The position numbers and the translations under genes were made by a program. The notes beneath the pieces are model-generated. The model did not search any database. It was not told where the DNA came from and saw nothing but the letters and a program-made list of their open reading frames with translations. 64,000 nt of DNA. Origin: an uncultured Pseudomonadota bacterium. Its GTDB lineage: Bacteria > Pseudomonadota > Alphaproteobacteria > JACZXZ01. The stretch is taken from NCBI GenBank assembly GCA_963749075.1, contig CAVVLJ010000022.1:1-64000 (forward strand), given 5' to 3'. Position 1 is the stretch's first letter, and every line of letters starts with the position of its first letter. Below are positions 1-10,175 of this stretch, one piece after another.

Positions 1-4
1 GGGT

Positions 5-1987
5 GTGCGCCGTGACAAGGCGGCGCTTTCCAGTGGGTGCAAGTCCCACCCGGCAAGCGCTCCAGCCGGAAGCAATCGGAGCAGTCATGGAGGCAACGAA
101 ATGGCTGAAGCCTTCGGATAGCGGGTCACGAATTGGTGACCGCGCGAGTGTGCAGGCCGCAACGCGAGTAAACGCCGAGCAAGCCTCGAAAAGGACGATG
201 TGCAGGCCGACCCGACGACCCTTTCGGGGAAGGCTGATACGCCTGGGTGAATGAGCGAAACCTACGGCCAGGCGCTGCACCGGGGTAGTGGCGGCAGCAT
301 GTACACAAGGAAAGCGTACGCAACACGGGAAGCTCCAAGGCGTGGTCAGGGATGACCAACCGGACGCCCGCGAGGGACAGGCCGGGCGCCGTGGGGTGGC
401 GGAGAGGTTCGTAGTACCGCTGAAGCCGGGTAACGCCGGTGGAGGGAAGGGGCCTCAGTTCAAGACAGACGCAATACGCGGTGAGGGACCTGGAGATTGG
501 GCAACCTATCAACTCCGAAGAGTGTTCAGAAACTGCAGATGGCGTTGCACGCGAAAGCGAAGGCAGAAGCCGGCTATCGCTTTTACGCCCTGTACGACAA
601 GATCAGCCGTGAGGACATCCTGGCTCACGCCTATGCCCAGTGCCGCTCCAACAAGGGCGCTCCGGGAGGGGATGGACAGGACTTCGCGGACATCGAGGCA
701 TACGGGGTGCAACGGTGGCTCGGCGAACTGGTGCTTGCACTCAGGCAGGAGACTTACCGGCCGGACCCCATCAGAAGAGTGTTCATCCCGAAGGCCAACG
801 GCAAGCTCAGGCCGCTGGGCATCTCGACCTTGCGGGATCGGGTCTGCATGACAGCAGCGATGCTGGTGCTGGAACCGATCTTCGAAGCCGACCTTCCACC
901 GGAACAGTACGCCTACCGACCCGGGCGAAACGCCTAACAGGCGGTAGGCGAGGTGGGAGAGCTGCTGTTCCGTGGCCATCCGGAAGTCGTTGACGCCGAT
1001 CTCGCGGACTACTTCGGGAGCATCCCCCATGCCGAGCTGTTGAAGTCGGTAGCGCGCCGCATCGTCGATCGGCGCGTGCTGCATCTGCTCAAGATGTGGC
1101 TGGAATGCCCCGTGGAAGAAACCGACGATCGAGGACGGAAGACACGCACGACCGAAGCCCGGGACACCCGGCGCGGCATCCCGCAGGGCTCACCCATCTC
1201 ACCATTGCTGGCAAATCTCTACATGCGCCGGTTCGTGCTGGGGTGGAAGAAGCTCGGGCTCGAGCGAAGTCTCGGCACGCGCATCGTGACCTACGCCGAC
1301 GATCTCGTGATCCTGTGCAGGAAGGGCAAAGCCGAGGAGGCCTTGCAACGACTGCGCGAGATCATGAGTCGGCTGAAACTCACGGTCAACGAGGAGAAGA
1401 CACGAATCTGCAAGGTACCGGAAGGGGAGCTCGACTTCCTGGGATACACGTTCGGGCGGATGTATTCAGCGAGGACCGGCCAGGCACGCCTGGGTCACCG
1501 GCCATCGAAGAAGAGCATCAAGCGCGTGGTGGAGAAGGTCCACGTGCTGACCGCCCGATCGGGGACTTGGCAAGAGACCACGGAGCTGGTGGGCAAGTTG
1601 AACCGCACGTTGCGCGGATGGGCGAACTACTTCCAGGTAGGCACCGTCAACAAAGTGTACCGGGCGCTCGACAACTACACGGCTGTGCGGTTGCGCCGGT
1701 GGTTGCGTTCCAAGCACAAAGTCAGGCGGCGCAAGGGCGGGAGCTATCCACTCCCGCACCTCTACGGGCACTTCGGGCTCGTACGCCTGACCCGGCTGGG
1801 ACACGACGTGGCGTGGGTGAAAGCGTGAGGTCTTGTCCGAGAGCCGGATGCGGGAGATCCGCACGTCCGGTTCGATGAGCGGGGTGTGGAAACGGAGCCA
1901 AGGTCGAACCAGTGAGGCACCGCCAGACGAAAGGGGCGGGAACAGATATGTTCGGCCTACAGCCACCGCGCCACACCTCGACTCTAC
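5..1987 (+). mobile_element. Group II intron (ribozyme plus intron-encoded RT, no endonuclease domain)
   Basis: 5' GTGCG at 5-9 (alternative GTGTG at 3). Domain V-like GAGAGCCGGATGCGGGAGATCCGCACGTCCGGTTCG at ~1839-1874. Domain VI ends ...CTCGACTCTAC at 1987. RT ORF lies inside. Confidence 0.92.
497..1828 (+). pseudogene. ltrA: Group II intron reverse transcriptase/maturase with in-frame TAA at 935-937
   Basis: ORFs 497-937 and 953-1828 share a frame. Motifs [40 protein letters not shown] and maturase LRGWANYF are present. Confidence 0.9.
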
Positions 1988-2082
1988 CCGCAAAGCGCCG
2001 CAAAACGGATATGCGTCAAGCCGTCCCAATCTCGATTTATGAATACACGCCCTGATAACGGTGCCGGCCAAGTACAGGCCCC

Positions 2083-4734
2083 TCACGTCTCCGCCTCCTC
2101 GGGCGAGGGCTCGAGCCGGCGGTAGAACCAGCCGATGGCGATGAGCGCTCCGCCGAGCCCGATGAAGGAGAGCACGCGCCAGATGCCGCCGAGCTCGGCC
2201 ATGTCGGAGAGGAAGACCTTGACGACGACGAGCCCGATGCCGGCCAAGGCTGCGCGCCGCAGCCAGCGGCTCTTGCGCACGAGGCCTGCGGCGAGCGCCG
2301 CCGAGGCGAAGGCGAGCCAGGCGACAGAATAGCTGTACCACTCGGCCTCGCCGGGTTTACTCCAGGTCAGGATCTCGCCCTGGAAGAGGTGGCGCACTTC
2401 CGCCGTGAGCCAGAGAAGAAGGAAGGCGCCCGACAGCACGCGGGCCGCCTTGCCGATCTCGGGCGGCGGGCCGGGGCTGTAGCGGGCGATCAGCGCATAG
2501 AGGATGCCCGGCAAGAGATAGGCGGGCGCGAGCGTATCGAGAAGCGGGAGCGCGCCGACCGGCGCCGTGCGGAAGGGCAGCAGCGGATTGAGCACGATGC
2601 CCTGCCAGATCACCGCCTTGGCCGTGGCAAGGGCGAGGAGGATGAGGCCGCCTGCTACGAGCACCTTCCTGCCATGCCGCTCGCCCAGGCGCAGGATCGC
2701 CCCGGCCATGGCGAGCCAGGCGAGCGTCTCCACCGAATCGGAGGCCAGGCCGTGGGAGGCGAGATCGAGCACGCCGCCGTTGAGCGCGTGGCGCAGCTCG
2801 AGCGTCACCAGGGCGACCGAGAAGGCGGCGCTGCCCGCCTCGAGCACGCGCACGAGGAGATCGTCGGCGCTGCGCGCGAAGCTGCGCGTGGCATAGATGA
2901 AGGCCAGGGCCGGCACGCCGTAGCCGTAGAGCAGCCAATTGAGGATGGGGGTCGGCGAAAGCGGATAGCTGAAGATTTCGGGATTGAGCACGAGCCGCAC
3001 GAGCACGGCTGAGGCGAGCGCCAGGGCGGCGCGGCGGATGGCCGGCAGGCGGAAGCGTTCCTCGGCCCAGGCCATCACCGGCAGGTGGACCGCCAGCGCC
3101 ACCGTCAGCCACGCCGTTTCGAGCATCATGGTCGCGGCGAGGATGGTGGCGCCGGGCACGGCGATCGCGTAGGCGGCGAGGGCGGCCTCGTAGGCCTCGC
3201 TGCCGGCGCGCCGCCTTGCCACGCGCTCGCCGGCGGCGAGCTCGAGCATCGCCAGCAAGAGGGCCGCGAGCATCCAGGCGAGATCGAGGTGGTAGCTTTC
3301 GAGCCGCAGGTAGGCGATGGCGAGGAGCGCCAGAGGTGCTGAGGCCGAGAGCGCTGCCCAGCGGGCCGGCCGCGCCACCCGGGAGAGTGCGGCAAAGCCG
3401 CCGATGCCGAGGAGGAGGGCGAAGCCGGCCGCCACGAAGAGGAACTCGCCGGCCCGCTCGGGCGGGGCGCCGCCCGGGAGCATGCCGAAGGCGCCGCCGG
3501 GCCCGGGAAGTCCCCAGAGCGCCAGCATGGCCAAGGGGAGGGCGCCCGCCGCGGCGAGGAGATCGTCCAACGCGCCGTCGCGGAAGGCGAGCCCGAGGAT
3601 GCCGAGAGTGGCGAGGAGAAGCATGATGACGCTGGTCTCGGCAAAGCCGTCGACCGTGGCGAGCAAGAGGAGTGCTGCCGCCAGCGACCAGAACGCCGTG
3701 CGCAGGATAGCGGCCACGTGGGGATCGTCGATCGGCCCTGCGAGGAAGGCCACGAAGCCGACGCCGCGGCGCAAGCCGGCATAGAGCGCCATCTGGATGA
3801 GGAGGAAGCCGCCGACGACGGGCGCGTCGCCGCTCGCATAGGAGAAGGCCAGCCACAAGAGGGTCCAGCCGATGCTGCCGGCGAGCGAGAGCCAGGCCAG
3901 CCACCACCAGCTCTTGTGGCGCAGCACTGTGAGCCCCGCCGCCGTCACCACCGTGAGGTAGGCGAAGAGCGTCAAGGCATTCGGCCGGTCGCTCGGCACC
4001 AGGAGCGGCACCGTGAGCGCGCCCAAGAGGCCGAGTGCGGCGACGAACGGCCCGTAGCGCCACGACATCAGGACCGCCATCGCCGCGGTCGCCGCGAGAA
4101 GCGCGAAGTCGAGCTCGGCCGGCAGCAGCCCGTTAAGCTGATAGGCGGCATAGAGGCTCGCGAACACGGTGGCGGCACCGGCGGCGGCGAGCGCCTGCGG
4201 CACGTTGGAGGGGGGTCGGGCATCGTCCTCGCGCGCGCGGTCGCGCCGCATCACCGCCTCGGCGGCGGCTGCGAGCGCCATCCCGAGGAGCACCCCGAGC
4301 CCGTCGCGCACCATGGGCGTGAGCAGGCCGTAGTCGATCGAGAGCTTGACGAGGAAGGCGCCGCCGAGCGCAAGGGCGATGCCGCCGAGCCACACCAGCC
4401 AGTTCTCCGCGAGCCGCCTCTCCCACTCGAGGCGGCGGCCGCGAGGCGCCCTCGGCAGCACTGCGAGCGGCGGGACTTCGGGGACCGCAGGCGGCGCGGG
4501 CGGTTCGGGCGCCGGCGCGGCGCGCTCGGCGCGCGGCTCGACGGCGGGAGGAGCAGGCTCGAGCCGCGGCTCCGGCGCGCGCCAAGCCTCGGGCTGCGGC
4601 TGCCGCAGGTCGAGCTCCTCGAACCGGGCCTTGAGGCCGCGGGTCTGGATAAGCGCCATCGCTCCGAGAACGATGCCGGCAATCGGAAGCGCCAGCGCCA
4701 CGAGGAGGCCCAAGATGACGAACTGCTCGATCAA
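2083..4734 (-). CDS. DUF2339-type predicted multi-pass membrane protein
   Basis: 883 aa with many TM segments; WERRLAENWLVWLGGIALALGGAFLVK near the N-terminus and KVFLSDM...RVLSFIGLG at the C-terminus are typical of this family. Confidence 0.8.
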   Translation of the reverse strand: MIEQFVILGLLVALALPIAGIVLGAMALIQTRGLKARFEELDLRQPQPEAWRAPEPRLEPAPPAVEPRAERAAPAPEPPAPPAVPEVPPLAVLPRAPRGRRLEWERRLAENWLVWLGGIALALGGAFLVKLSIDYGLLTPMVRDGLGVLLGMALAAAAEAVMRRDRAREDDARPPSNVPQALAAAGAATVFASLYAAYQLNGLLPAELDFALLAATAAMAVLMSWRYGPFVAALGLLGALTVPLLVPSDRPNALTLFAYLTVVTAAGLTVLRHKSWWWLAWLSLAGSIGWTLLWLAFSYASGDAPVVGGFLLIQMALYAGLRRGVGFVAFLAGPIDDPHVAAILRTAFWSLAAALLLLATVDGFAETSVIMLLLATLGILGLAFRDGALDDLLAAAGALPLAMLALWGLPGPGGAFGMLPGGAPPERAGEFLFVAAGFALLLGIGGFAALSRVARPARWAALSASAPLALLAIAYLRLESYHLDLAWMLAALLLAMLELAAGERVARRRAGSEAYEAALAAYAIAVPGATILAATMMLETAWLTVALAVHLPVMAWAEERFRLPAIRRAALALASAVLVRLVLNPEIFSYPLSPTPILNWLLYGYGVPALAFIYATRSFARSADDLLVRVLEAGSAAFSVALVTLELRHALNGGVLDLASHGLASDSVETLAWLAMAGAILRLGERHGRKVLVAGGLILLALATAKAVIWQGIVLNPLLPFRTAPVGALPLLDTLAPAYLLPGILYALIARYSPGPPPEIGKAARVLSGAFLLLWLTAEVRHLFQGEILTWSKPGEAEWYSYSVAWLAFASAALAAGLVRKSRWLRRAALAGIGLVVVKVFLSDMAELGGIWRVLSFIGLGGALIAIGWFYRRLEPSPEEAET

Positions 4735-4851
4735 GGCCCTCCGCTCCCCCCAAGGCCAGCCGCAGGGTCTCCCGGTGCCGCCGCGATCTTAATGCAGCAG
4801 GCGGCAATGTATAGCCGCACACATTGAGGACGTTTGCAGCGCCGCCTATCT

Positions 4852-5000
4852 CCCTCTCCTCCTTCAGGAGGAGAGGGTCGGGGTGAGGAGGCAGCTTTGC
4901 AAGGCGCATCGCCCGCCCCAGAGGCCCGCAAGCGCCTAGCCTCCTCACCTTCCCATCGCTTCGCGATGGGCCCCTTCCTCTCCTCCTGAAGGAGGAGAGG
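4852..5000. repeat. Composite palindromic intergenic repeat (REP/RIME-like)
   Basis: Hairpin CCTCTCCTCCTTCAGGAGGAGAGG (4853-4876) and its reverse complement at 4977-5000. Internal inverted pair GGTGAGGAGGC/GCCTCCTCACC and hairpin CCCATCGCTTCGCGATGGG. Confidence 0.8.
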
Positions 5001-5074
5001 AACGATACCTCATCTCCGCTTGTGGAAATTCAAACTGAGGCACCACCGGCCGTTTCCCAGGGTGTTTCCCAGGG

Positions 5075-5103
5075 TTGACAGTGACCCGCACCCCCCTTAT
5101 GTT
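5075..5103 (+). promoter_or_regulatory. sigma70 promoter of rpmJ
   Basis: TTGACA (5075-5080), 17 nt spacer, TATGTT (5098-5103), 30 nt upstream of the ATG. Confidence 0.75.
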
Positions 5104-5132
5104 CCGCGCTCCGCTCAGAGAGGACGCCCGCG

Positions 5133-5258
5133 ATGAAGATCGTCAACTCGCTCAAGTCGGCCAAGGTGCGCGACAAGAACTGCCGCGTCGTGCGCCGCCG
5201 CGGCCGCGTCTACGTCATCAACAAGAAGAACCCGCGGATGAAGGCCCGCCAGGGCTGA
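5133..5258 (+). CDS. rpmJ: 50S ribosomal protein L36, type B (not in the ORF track)
   Basis: Translates to [41 protein letters not shown]; preceded by GAGAGG. Confidence 0.97.
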   Translation: MKIVNSLKSAKVRDKNCRVVRRRGRVYVINKKNPRMKARQG

Positions 5259-5307
5259 GGCGGCCGGCCGTTTTCGGCGCATCGCATTGCCGCGCGGCAC
5301 TCTTGCG

Positions 5308-5324
5308 AACTGGTCATACCAATT
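5308..5324. promoter_or_regulatory. FadR-subfamily (GlcC/LldR/PdhR-type) operator upstream of glcD
   Basis: AACTGGTCATACCAATT versus consensus AATTGGTnnnACCAATT. Confidence 0.7.
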
Positions 5325-5386
5325 GACCGGGCGGCTACCCTCGCGCATAGTCGTCTGAGCTTGGAAGCGGCAGAGAGGCTGGGGCC

Positions 5387-6883
5387 ATGTCGGGTTTGGT
5401 GATGCCGGCCCTCGACGAGGGCGTCTTGCGCCGCCGCGTGGAGATCGCGGCAGCGTTGCGCGAGCTGGTGGCGGACGAAGGCGTCATCGCCGACGAGGAC
5501 GAGCTCAAGGCCTACGAGAGCGACGGGCTCACCGCCTACCGCCAGCCGCCGATGCTGGCCGTGCTGCCGGAGAGCACGGCCGAGGTCTCGGCCGTGCTCG
5601 CCTATTGCCACAAAGAGGGCGTCAAGGTGGTGCCGCGCGGCGCCGGCACCTCGCTCTCCGGCGGCGCCTTGCCGCTCGGCGACGGCGTGCTCCTCGGTCT
5701 CGGCAAGTTCAAGCGCATCCTCGAGATCGACTATGCGAACCGCGCCGCGGTGGTGCAGCCGGGTGTCACCAATCTCGCCATCACCCAGGCGGTCGAGGAG
5801 CGAGGCTTCTATTACGCTCCCGATCCTTCGAGCCAGATCGCCTGCACCATCGGCGGCAACGTGGCGGAGAACTCGGGCGGCGTGCATTGCCTCAAATACG
5901 GCCTCACCACCAACAATGTGCTCGGCATGGAGATCGTGCTGATGGACGGCGAGGTCGTGCGCTTGGGCGGCAAGCAGCTCGATGCGCCCGGCTACGACCT
6001 CCTTGGCCTGCTCACGGGCTCCGAGGGCCTCCTCGGCGTCATCACCGAGGTGACGGTGCGCATCCTGAGGAAGCCGGAGAGTGCGCGCGCCATGCTCATG
6101 GGCTTCCCCAGCAACGAGGCGGCCGGCGAGTGCGTCGCCGGCATCATCTCGAGCGGCATCATCCCCGGCGGGCTCGAGATGATGGACAAGCCCGCCATCC
6201 ACGCGGTCGAAGCCTTCGTGCACGCGGGCTACCCGCTCGACGTGGAGGCGCTCCTCATCTGCGAGCTCGACGGGCCGCCTGCCGAGGTTGAGGAGCTCAT
6301 CGCCCGCGTCGGCGCCGTTGCCGAGGCCAAGGGCGCCGTCTACAGCCGGGTGAGCAACTCCGAGGAGGAGCGCGTCAAGTTCTGGGCCGGGCGCAAGGCC
6401 GCCTTTCCCGCCATCGGCCGGATCACGCCCGACTACTACTGCATGGACGGCACCATTCCGCGCAAGGAGCTCCCGATCGTCCTCAAGCGCATGCGCGAGC
6501 TCGCCCTGAAATACGGCCTCGGCGTCGCCAACGTCTTCCACGCGGGCGACGGCAACCTCCACCCGCTCATCATGTACGACGCCAACAAGCCGGGCGAGCT
6601 CGAGCGTGCCGAGGGGTTCGGCGCCGACATCCTGCGCCTCTGCGTCGAGGTGGGCGGCGTCTTGACCGGCGAGCACGGCGTCGGCGTCGAGAAGCGCGAC
6701 CTCATGGGCACCATGTTCAGCGCGCTCGATCTCGACCAGCAGGAGCGCCTCAAATGCGCCTTCGATCCGGAGCAGCTCCTCAATCCCGGCAAGATGTTTC
6801 CCACGCTCCACCGCTGCGCCGAGCTCGGACGCATTCACGTGCACAAGGGTGCCGTGCGCTTCCCCGACATTCCCCGGATGTAG
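5387..6883 (+). CDS. glcD: Glycolate oxidase FAD-linked subunit
   Basis: PRGAGTSLSGG, PDPSSQIACTIGGNVAENSGGVHCLKYG, HAGDGNLHP, GEHGVG. Confidence 0.95.
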   Translation: MSGLVMPALDEGVLRRRVEIAAALRELVADEGVIADEDELKAYESDGLTAYRQPPMLAVLPESTAEVSAVLAYCHKEGVKVVPRGAGTSLSGGALPLGDGVLLGLGKFKRILEIDYANRAAVVQPGVTNLAITQAVEERGFYYAPDPSSQIACTIGGNVAENSGGVHCLKYGLTTNNVLGMEIVLMDGEVVRLGGKQLDAPGYDLLGLLTGSEGLLGVITEVTVRILRKPESARAMLMGFPSNEAAGECVAGIISSGIIPGGLEMMDKPAIHAVEAFVHAGYPLDVEALLICELDGPPAEVEELIARVGAVAEAKGAVYSRVSNSEEERVKFWAGRKAAFPAIGRITPDYYCMDGTIPRKELPIVLKRMRELALKYGLGVANVFHAGDGNLHPLIMYDANKPGELERAEGFGADILRLCVEVGGVLTGEHGVGVEKRDLMGTMFSALDLDQQERLKCAFDPEQLLNPGKMFPTLHRCAELGRIHVHKGAVRFPDIPRM

Positions 6884-6893
6884 TGCTGGCGCC

Positions 6894-8117
6894 ATGTCGG
6901 AAACCCTGAAGCCGCGCGATGCCGAGGAGGTGCGGGCGCTCGTCGAGTGGGCGGCGGCCGAGGGCCTGCCGCTCGAGCTCGCGGGCGCCGGGACCAAGCG
7001 CGGCCTCGGGCGGCCGCTGCAGGCAACCCGCAGCCTCGAGCTCGCGGCGCTCTCGGGCGTGACACTCTACGAGCCCGAGGAGCTCGTGCTCTCGGCGAAG
7101 GCCGGCACCAGGCTCGCCGAGATCGAGGCGCTCCTCGCCGAACAGCGCCAGGCGTTCGCCTTCGAGCCGGCGGACCTCGGGCCGCTCTATGGCGGCGCGG
7201 CCGGCGGGGCGACGATCGGCGGCGTCCTCGCCTGCAACCTCTCGGGTCCGCGGCGCATCAAGGCGGGTGCGGCACGCGATCATTTTCTCGGCGTGACCGC
7301 GGTCAACGGCCGCGGCGAGCTCTTCAAGGCGGGCGGCCGGGTGGTCAAGAACGTGACCGGCTACGACCTCTGCAAGCTCTTGGCCGGCTCCTACGGCACG
7401 CTCGCGGCGATGACCGACGTGACGGTCAAGGTGCTGCCGGCGCCCGAGCGCACGCGCACCGTGCTCGTGCTCGGCCTCGCCGACGGGCCGGCGATCGAGG
7501 CGCTCACCGCAGCGCTCGGCAGCGAGCACGAGGTCTCGGCCGCGGCCCATCTCCCGCAAGCGATGGCGGCGCTCTCAGAAGTGCCCGCGATCGGCGGCGC
7601 CGGCGTGGCGCTGAGCGCCGTGCGCGTCGAGGGCTTCCCCGCCTCGGTGGCGCACCGCGCCGCGGCGCTCAAGCAGCACCTCGCCTCGGCGGGAGAGGTG
7701 GGCGAGCTCTCCGATGCCGACTCCGCTGCCTTCTGGCGCGAGCTCCGCGAGGTGCGCCCCTTCGTGCGCACGGCCGAGCTTTGCCTGTGGCGGCTCAGCC
7801 TGCCGCCGAGCGCCGCCGCCGCCGCGGTGGCGCGCATCGCCGCCGCACTCGACGCGCGAGCCTATTACGACTGGGGCGGCGGTCTCGTCTGGCTCGGCGT
7901 GCCGGCGAGTGCCGATGCCGGAGCGGCGGTGGTGCGCGCGGCCCTCTCCGGCACCGGCGGCCACGGCACGCTCATGCGGGCACCCGATCCGGTGCGCGCC
8001 GCGGTGCCGGTGTTCGAGCCGCCCGCGGACGCGCTCGCCCGCCTCTCGGCGCGCGTCAAGGAGAGCTTCGATCCGCGCCGCATCCTCAATCCCGGCCGCA
8101 TCTACGCCGGCGGCTGA
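6894..8117 (+). CDS. glcE: Glycolate oxidase FAD-binding subunit
   Basis: YEPEELV, GGRVVKNVTGYDLCKL, FDPRRILNPGR; lies between glcD and glcF. Confidence 0.93.
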   Translation: MSETLKPRDAEEVRALVEWAAAEGLPLELAGAGTKRGLGRPLQATRSLELAALSGVTLYEPEELVLSAKAGTRLAEIEALLAEQRQAFAFEPADLGPLYGGAAGGATIGGVLACNLSGPRRIKAGAARDHFLGVTAVNGRGELFKAGGRVVKNVTGYDLCKLLAGSYGTLAAMTDVTVKVLPAPERTRTVLVLGLADGPAIEALTAALGSEHEVSAAAHLPQAMAALSEVPAIGGAGVALSAVRVEGFPASVAHRAAALKQHLASAGEVGELSDADSAAFWRELREVRPFVRTAELCLWRLSLPPSAAAAAVARIAAALDARAYYDWGGGLVWLGVPASADAGAAVVRAALSGTGGHGTLMRAPDPVRAAVPVFEPPADALARLSARVKESFDPRRILNPGRIYAGG

Positions 8118-8130
8118 GAGGCGCCCCGCC

Positions 8131-9447
8131 ATGCAGACCCGCTTCACCCTTGCCCAGCTTGCCGACCCCGACGTGGCCGAGGCCGAGAAGATACTGCGCA
8201 CCTGCGTGCATTGCGGCTTCTGCACCGCGACCTGCCCGACCTACGTGCTGCGCGGCGACGAGCTCGACAGCCCGCGCGGGCGCATCTACCTGATCAAGGG
8301 GATGCTCGAGGGCGGCAAGGCGGCGACGGAGATGGTCGTCAGGCACATCGACCGCTGCCTCTCCTGCCTCTCCTGCATGACCACCTGCCCCTCGGGCGTG
8401 CATTACATGCACCTCGTCGACCAGGCGCGCGTCCACATCGAGGAAACCTACCGGCGTCCCCTCGCCGACCGCCTCACGCGCTTCGTCCTCGCGCAAATGC
8501 TGCCGCGGCCGCACCGCATGCGTGCGGCCCTCCTCTTGGCCCACCTCGCCAAGCCCCTCGCGCGACTCACGCGCGGCCGCTTGCATGCGCTCCTCTCGCT
8601 CGCGCAACGCCCCGCTGCTCTCTCCCCCGTCGACCGCCCGCAGGTCTTCGCGGCCGAGGGCGAGCGGCGTGCGCGCGTGGCGCTCCTTTCCGGCTGCGCC
8701 CAGCAGGCGCTGGCGCCGTCGATCAACGAGGCGACCGTGAGGCTCCTCACGCGGCACGGCTGCGAGGTGGTGGTGGCGAAAGGGGCGGGCTGCTGCGGCG
8801 CTCTTGTGCACCATATGGGGAAGGAGAAGGCGGCACTCGCGGACGTGCGCGCCAACGTCGCGGCCTGGACGCGCGCGAGCGAGGAGGGCGGGCTCGACGC
8901 CATCGTCACCAATGCGTCCGGCTGCGGCACCATGGTCAAGGATTACGGCTTCCTCCTGCGCAACGACCCGGCCTGGGCCGAGCGCGCCGGCCGCGTGGCA
9001 GCGCTCGCCAAGGACGTGAGCGAGGTGATGGCGAGCCTCGGCCTCAAGCCGCCCCGCCACGCGAGCGGCCTCGCGGTCGCCTACCACTCCGCCTGCTCGC
9101 TGCAGCACGGCCAGAAAGTGCACGCAGCACCCAAGGCCCTCCTCGCCGCCGCCGGCTACGCGGTGCGCGACGTTCCCGAAGGGCATCTCTGCTGCGGCTC
9201 GGCGGGCACCTACAACGTGCTGCAGCCGGAGCTTGCCGATGGCCTCCTCGCGCGCAAGGTGCGCAACATCGCGAGCACCTCGCCGGACGTCGTCGCCGCC
9301 GGCAATATCGGCTGCATCGCCCAGCTTGGCCGCGCCGTGGGCGTGCCCGTGGTGCATACGGTCGAGCTCCTCGACTGGGCCACCGGCGGCCCGCCGCCCG
9401 CCGCCCTCGCCGAGGGCCGGGCCGCGGCCGCCCTCACCAATTCTTGA
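8131..9447 (+). CDS. glcF: Glycolate oxidase iron-sulfur subunit
   Basis: CVHCGFCTATCPT, CLSCLSCMTTCPSG, CCG domains. Confidence 0.95.
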   Translation: MQTRFTLAQLADPDVAEAEKILRTCVHCGFCTATCPTYVLRGDELDSPRGRIYLIKGMLEGGKAATEMVVRHIDRCLSCLSCMTTCPSGVHYMHLVDQARVHIEETYRRPLADRLTRFVLAQMLPRPHRMRAALLLAHLAKPLARLTRGRLHALLSLAQRPAALSPVDRPQVFAAEGERRARVALLSGCAQQALAPSINEATVRLLTRHGCEVVVAKGAGCCGALVHHMGKEKAALADVRANVAAWTRASEEGGLDAIVTNASGCGTMVKDYGFLLRNDPAWAERAGRVAALAKDVSEVMASLGLKPPRHASGLAVAYHSACSLQHGQKVHAAPKALLAAAGYAVRDVPEGHLCCGSAGTYNVLQPELADGLLARKVRNIASTSPDVVAAGNIGCIAQLGRAVGVPVVHTVELLDWATGGPPPAALAEGRAAAALTNS

Positions 9448-9495
9448 GAAGCGCGCGGCTTGGCGGCGGGCCGCGGCACGTTCATACTCGGCGTC

Positions 9496-10054
9496 ATGCC
9501 CCGCCTTGCCGCCATAGCGCTTGCCCTTGGCCTCGCCGCGGCCTTCGCGGGCCCGCTCGCGGCGGACCAGACGGACACGCGGCTCGAGCCGCTCTTTGCC
9601 AAGCTCAAGACGGCGGGCGGCGCCGACGAGGGCGAGCGCGTGACGCAGGCGATCTGGCAGATTCTGGCTGGAGACCGGCGACGCCAAGGCGAAGGCGCTC
9701 CTCGACCGCGGCGTGGAGGAGATGAACGACGAGGATTACGACTCGGCGCGTGCCGACTTCGACCGGCTGGTGGCCCTGGCGCCCAAATTTGCCGAGGCCT
9801 GGAACCGCCGCGCCACGCTGCGCTATCTCACGGGGGATTTCGACGGCTCGGTCGCCGACATCGAGCGCACGCTCGCGCTCGAGCCGCGCCATTTCGGGGC
9901 GCTCTCCGGCCTCGGCCTCATCTATATGCACATCGGCAAGGACGAGGCGGCGCTCAAGGCCTTCAAGCGCGCGCTCGAGATCGACCCCTTCCTCCCGGGG
10001 GCCAAGGAGCACGTCGACGCCATCGAGAAGCGCCTCAAGGATCACTCGATCTGA
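9496..10054 (+). CDS. Exported TPR protein with an apparent +1 frameshift at ~9662
   Basis: Signal peptide, then DQTDTRLEPLFAKLK...IWQI. Removing one T from CAGATTCTGG joins it to WLETGDAKAKALL...AEAWNRRAT...EPRHFGALSGLG. Confidence 0.8.
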
Positions 10055-10175
10055 GGGGGACTGCGGCCGGCTTGCCCGCCATCAAGCCGGCCTCACCCGG
10101 AAGTGATTGTCATTGCGGCGGAAGACGGCCTAAATAACTGGAGATTCGCGGAGAATTGGGCGAGAGGAGAACGCC

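Noticed and set aside
497-1828. Retron, DGR or defence-associated RT
   Set aside because: The maturase domain and flanking intron domains V/VI identify a group II intron IEP.
9655-9670. Frameshift in the TPR gene as programmed recoding or a pseudogene
   Set aside because: A single extra T with no slippery motif; the same pattern occurs in yqeY, so a sequencing or assembly indel is more likely.
10100-10140. RpoH-type promoter for msrP
   Set aside because: The spacing between TTG and CTAAAT (14 or 20 nt) does not fit the consensus.
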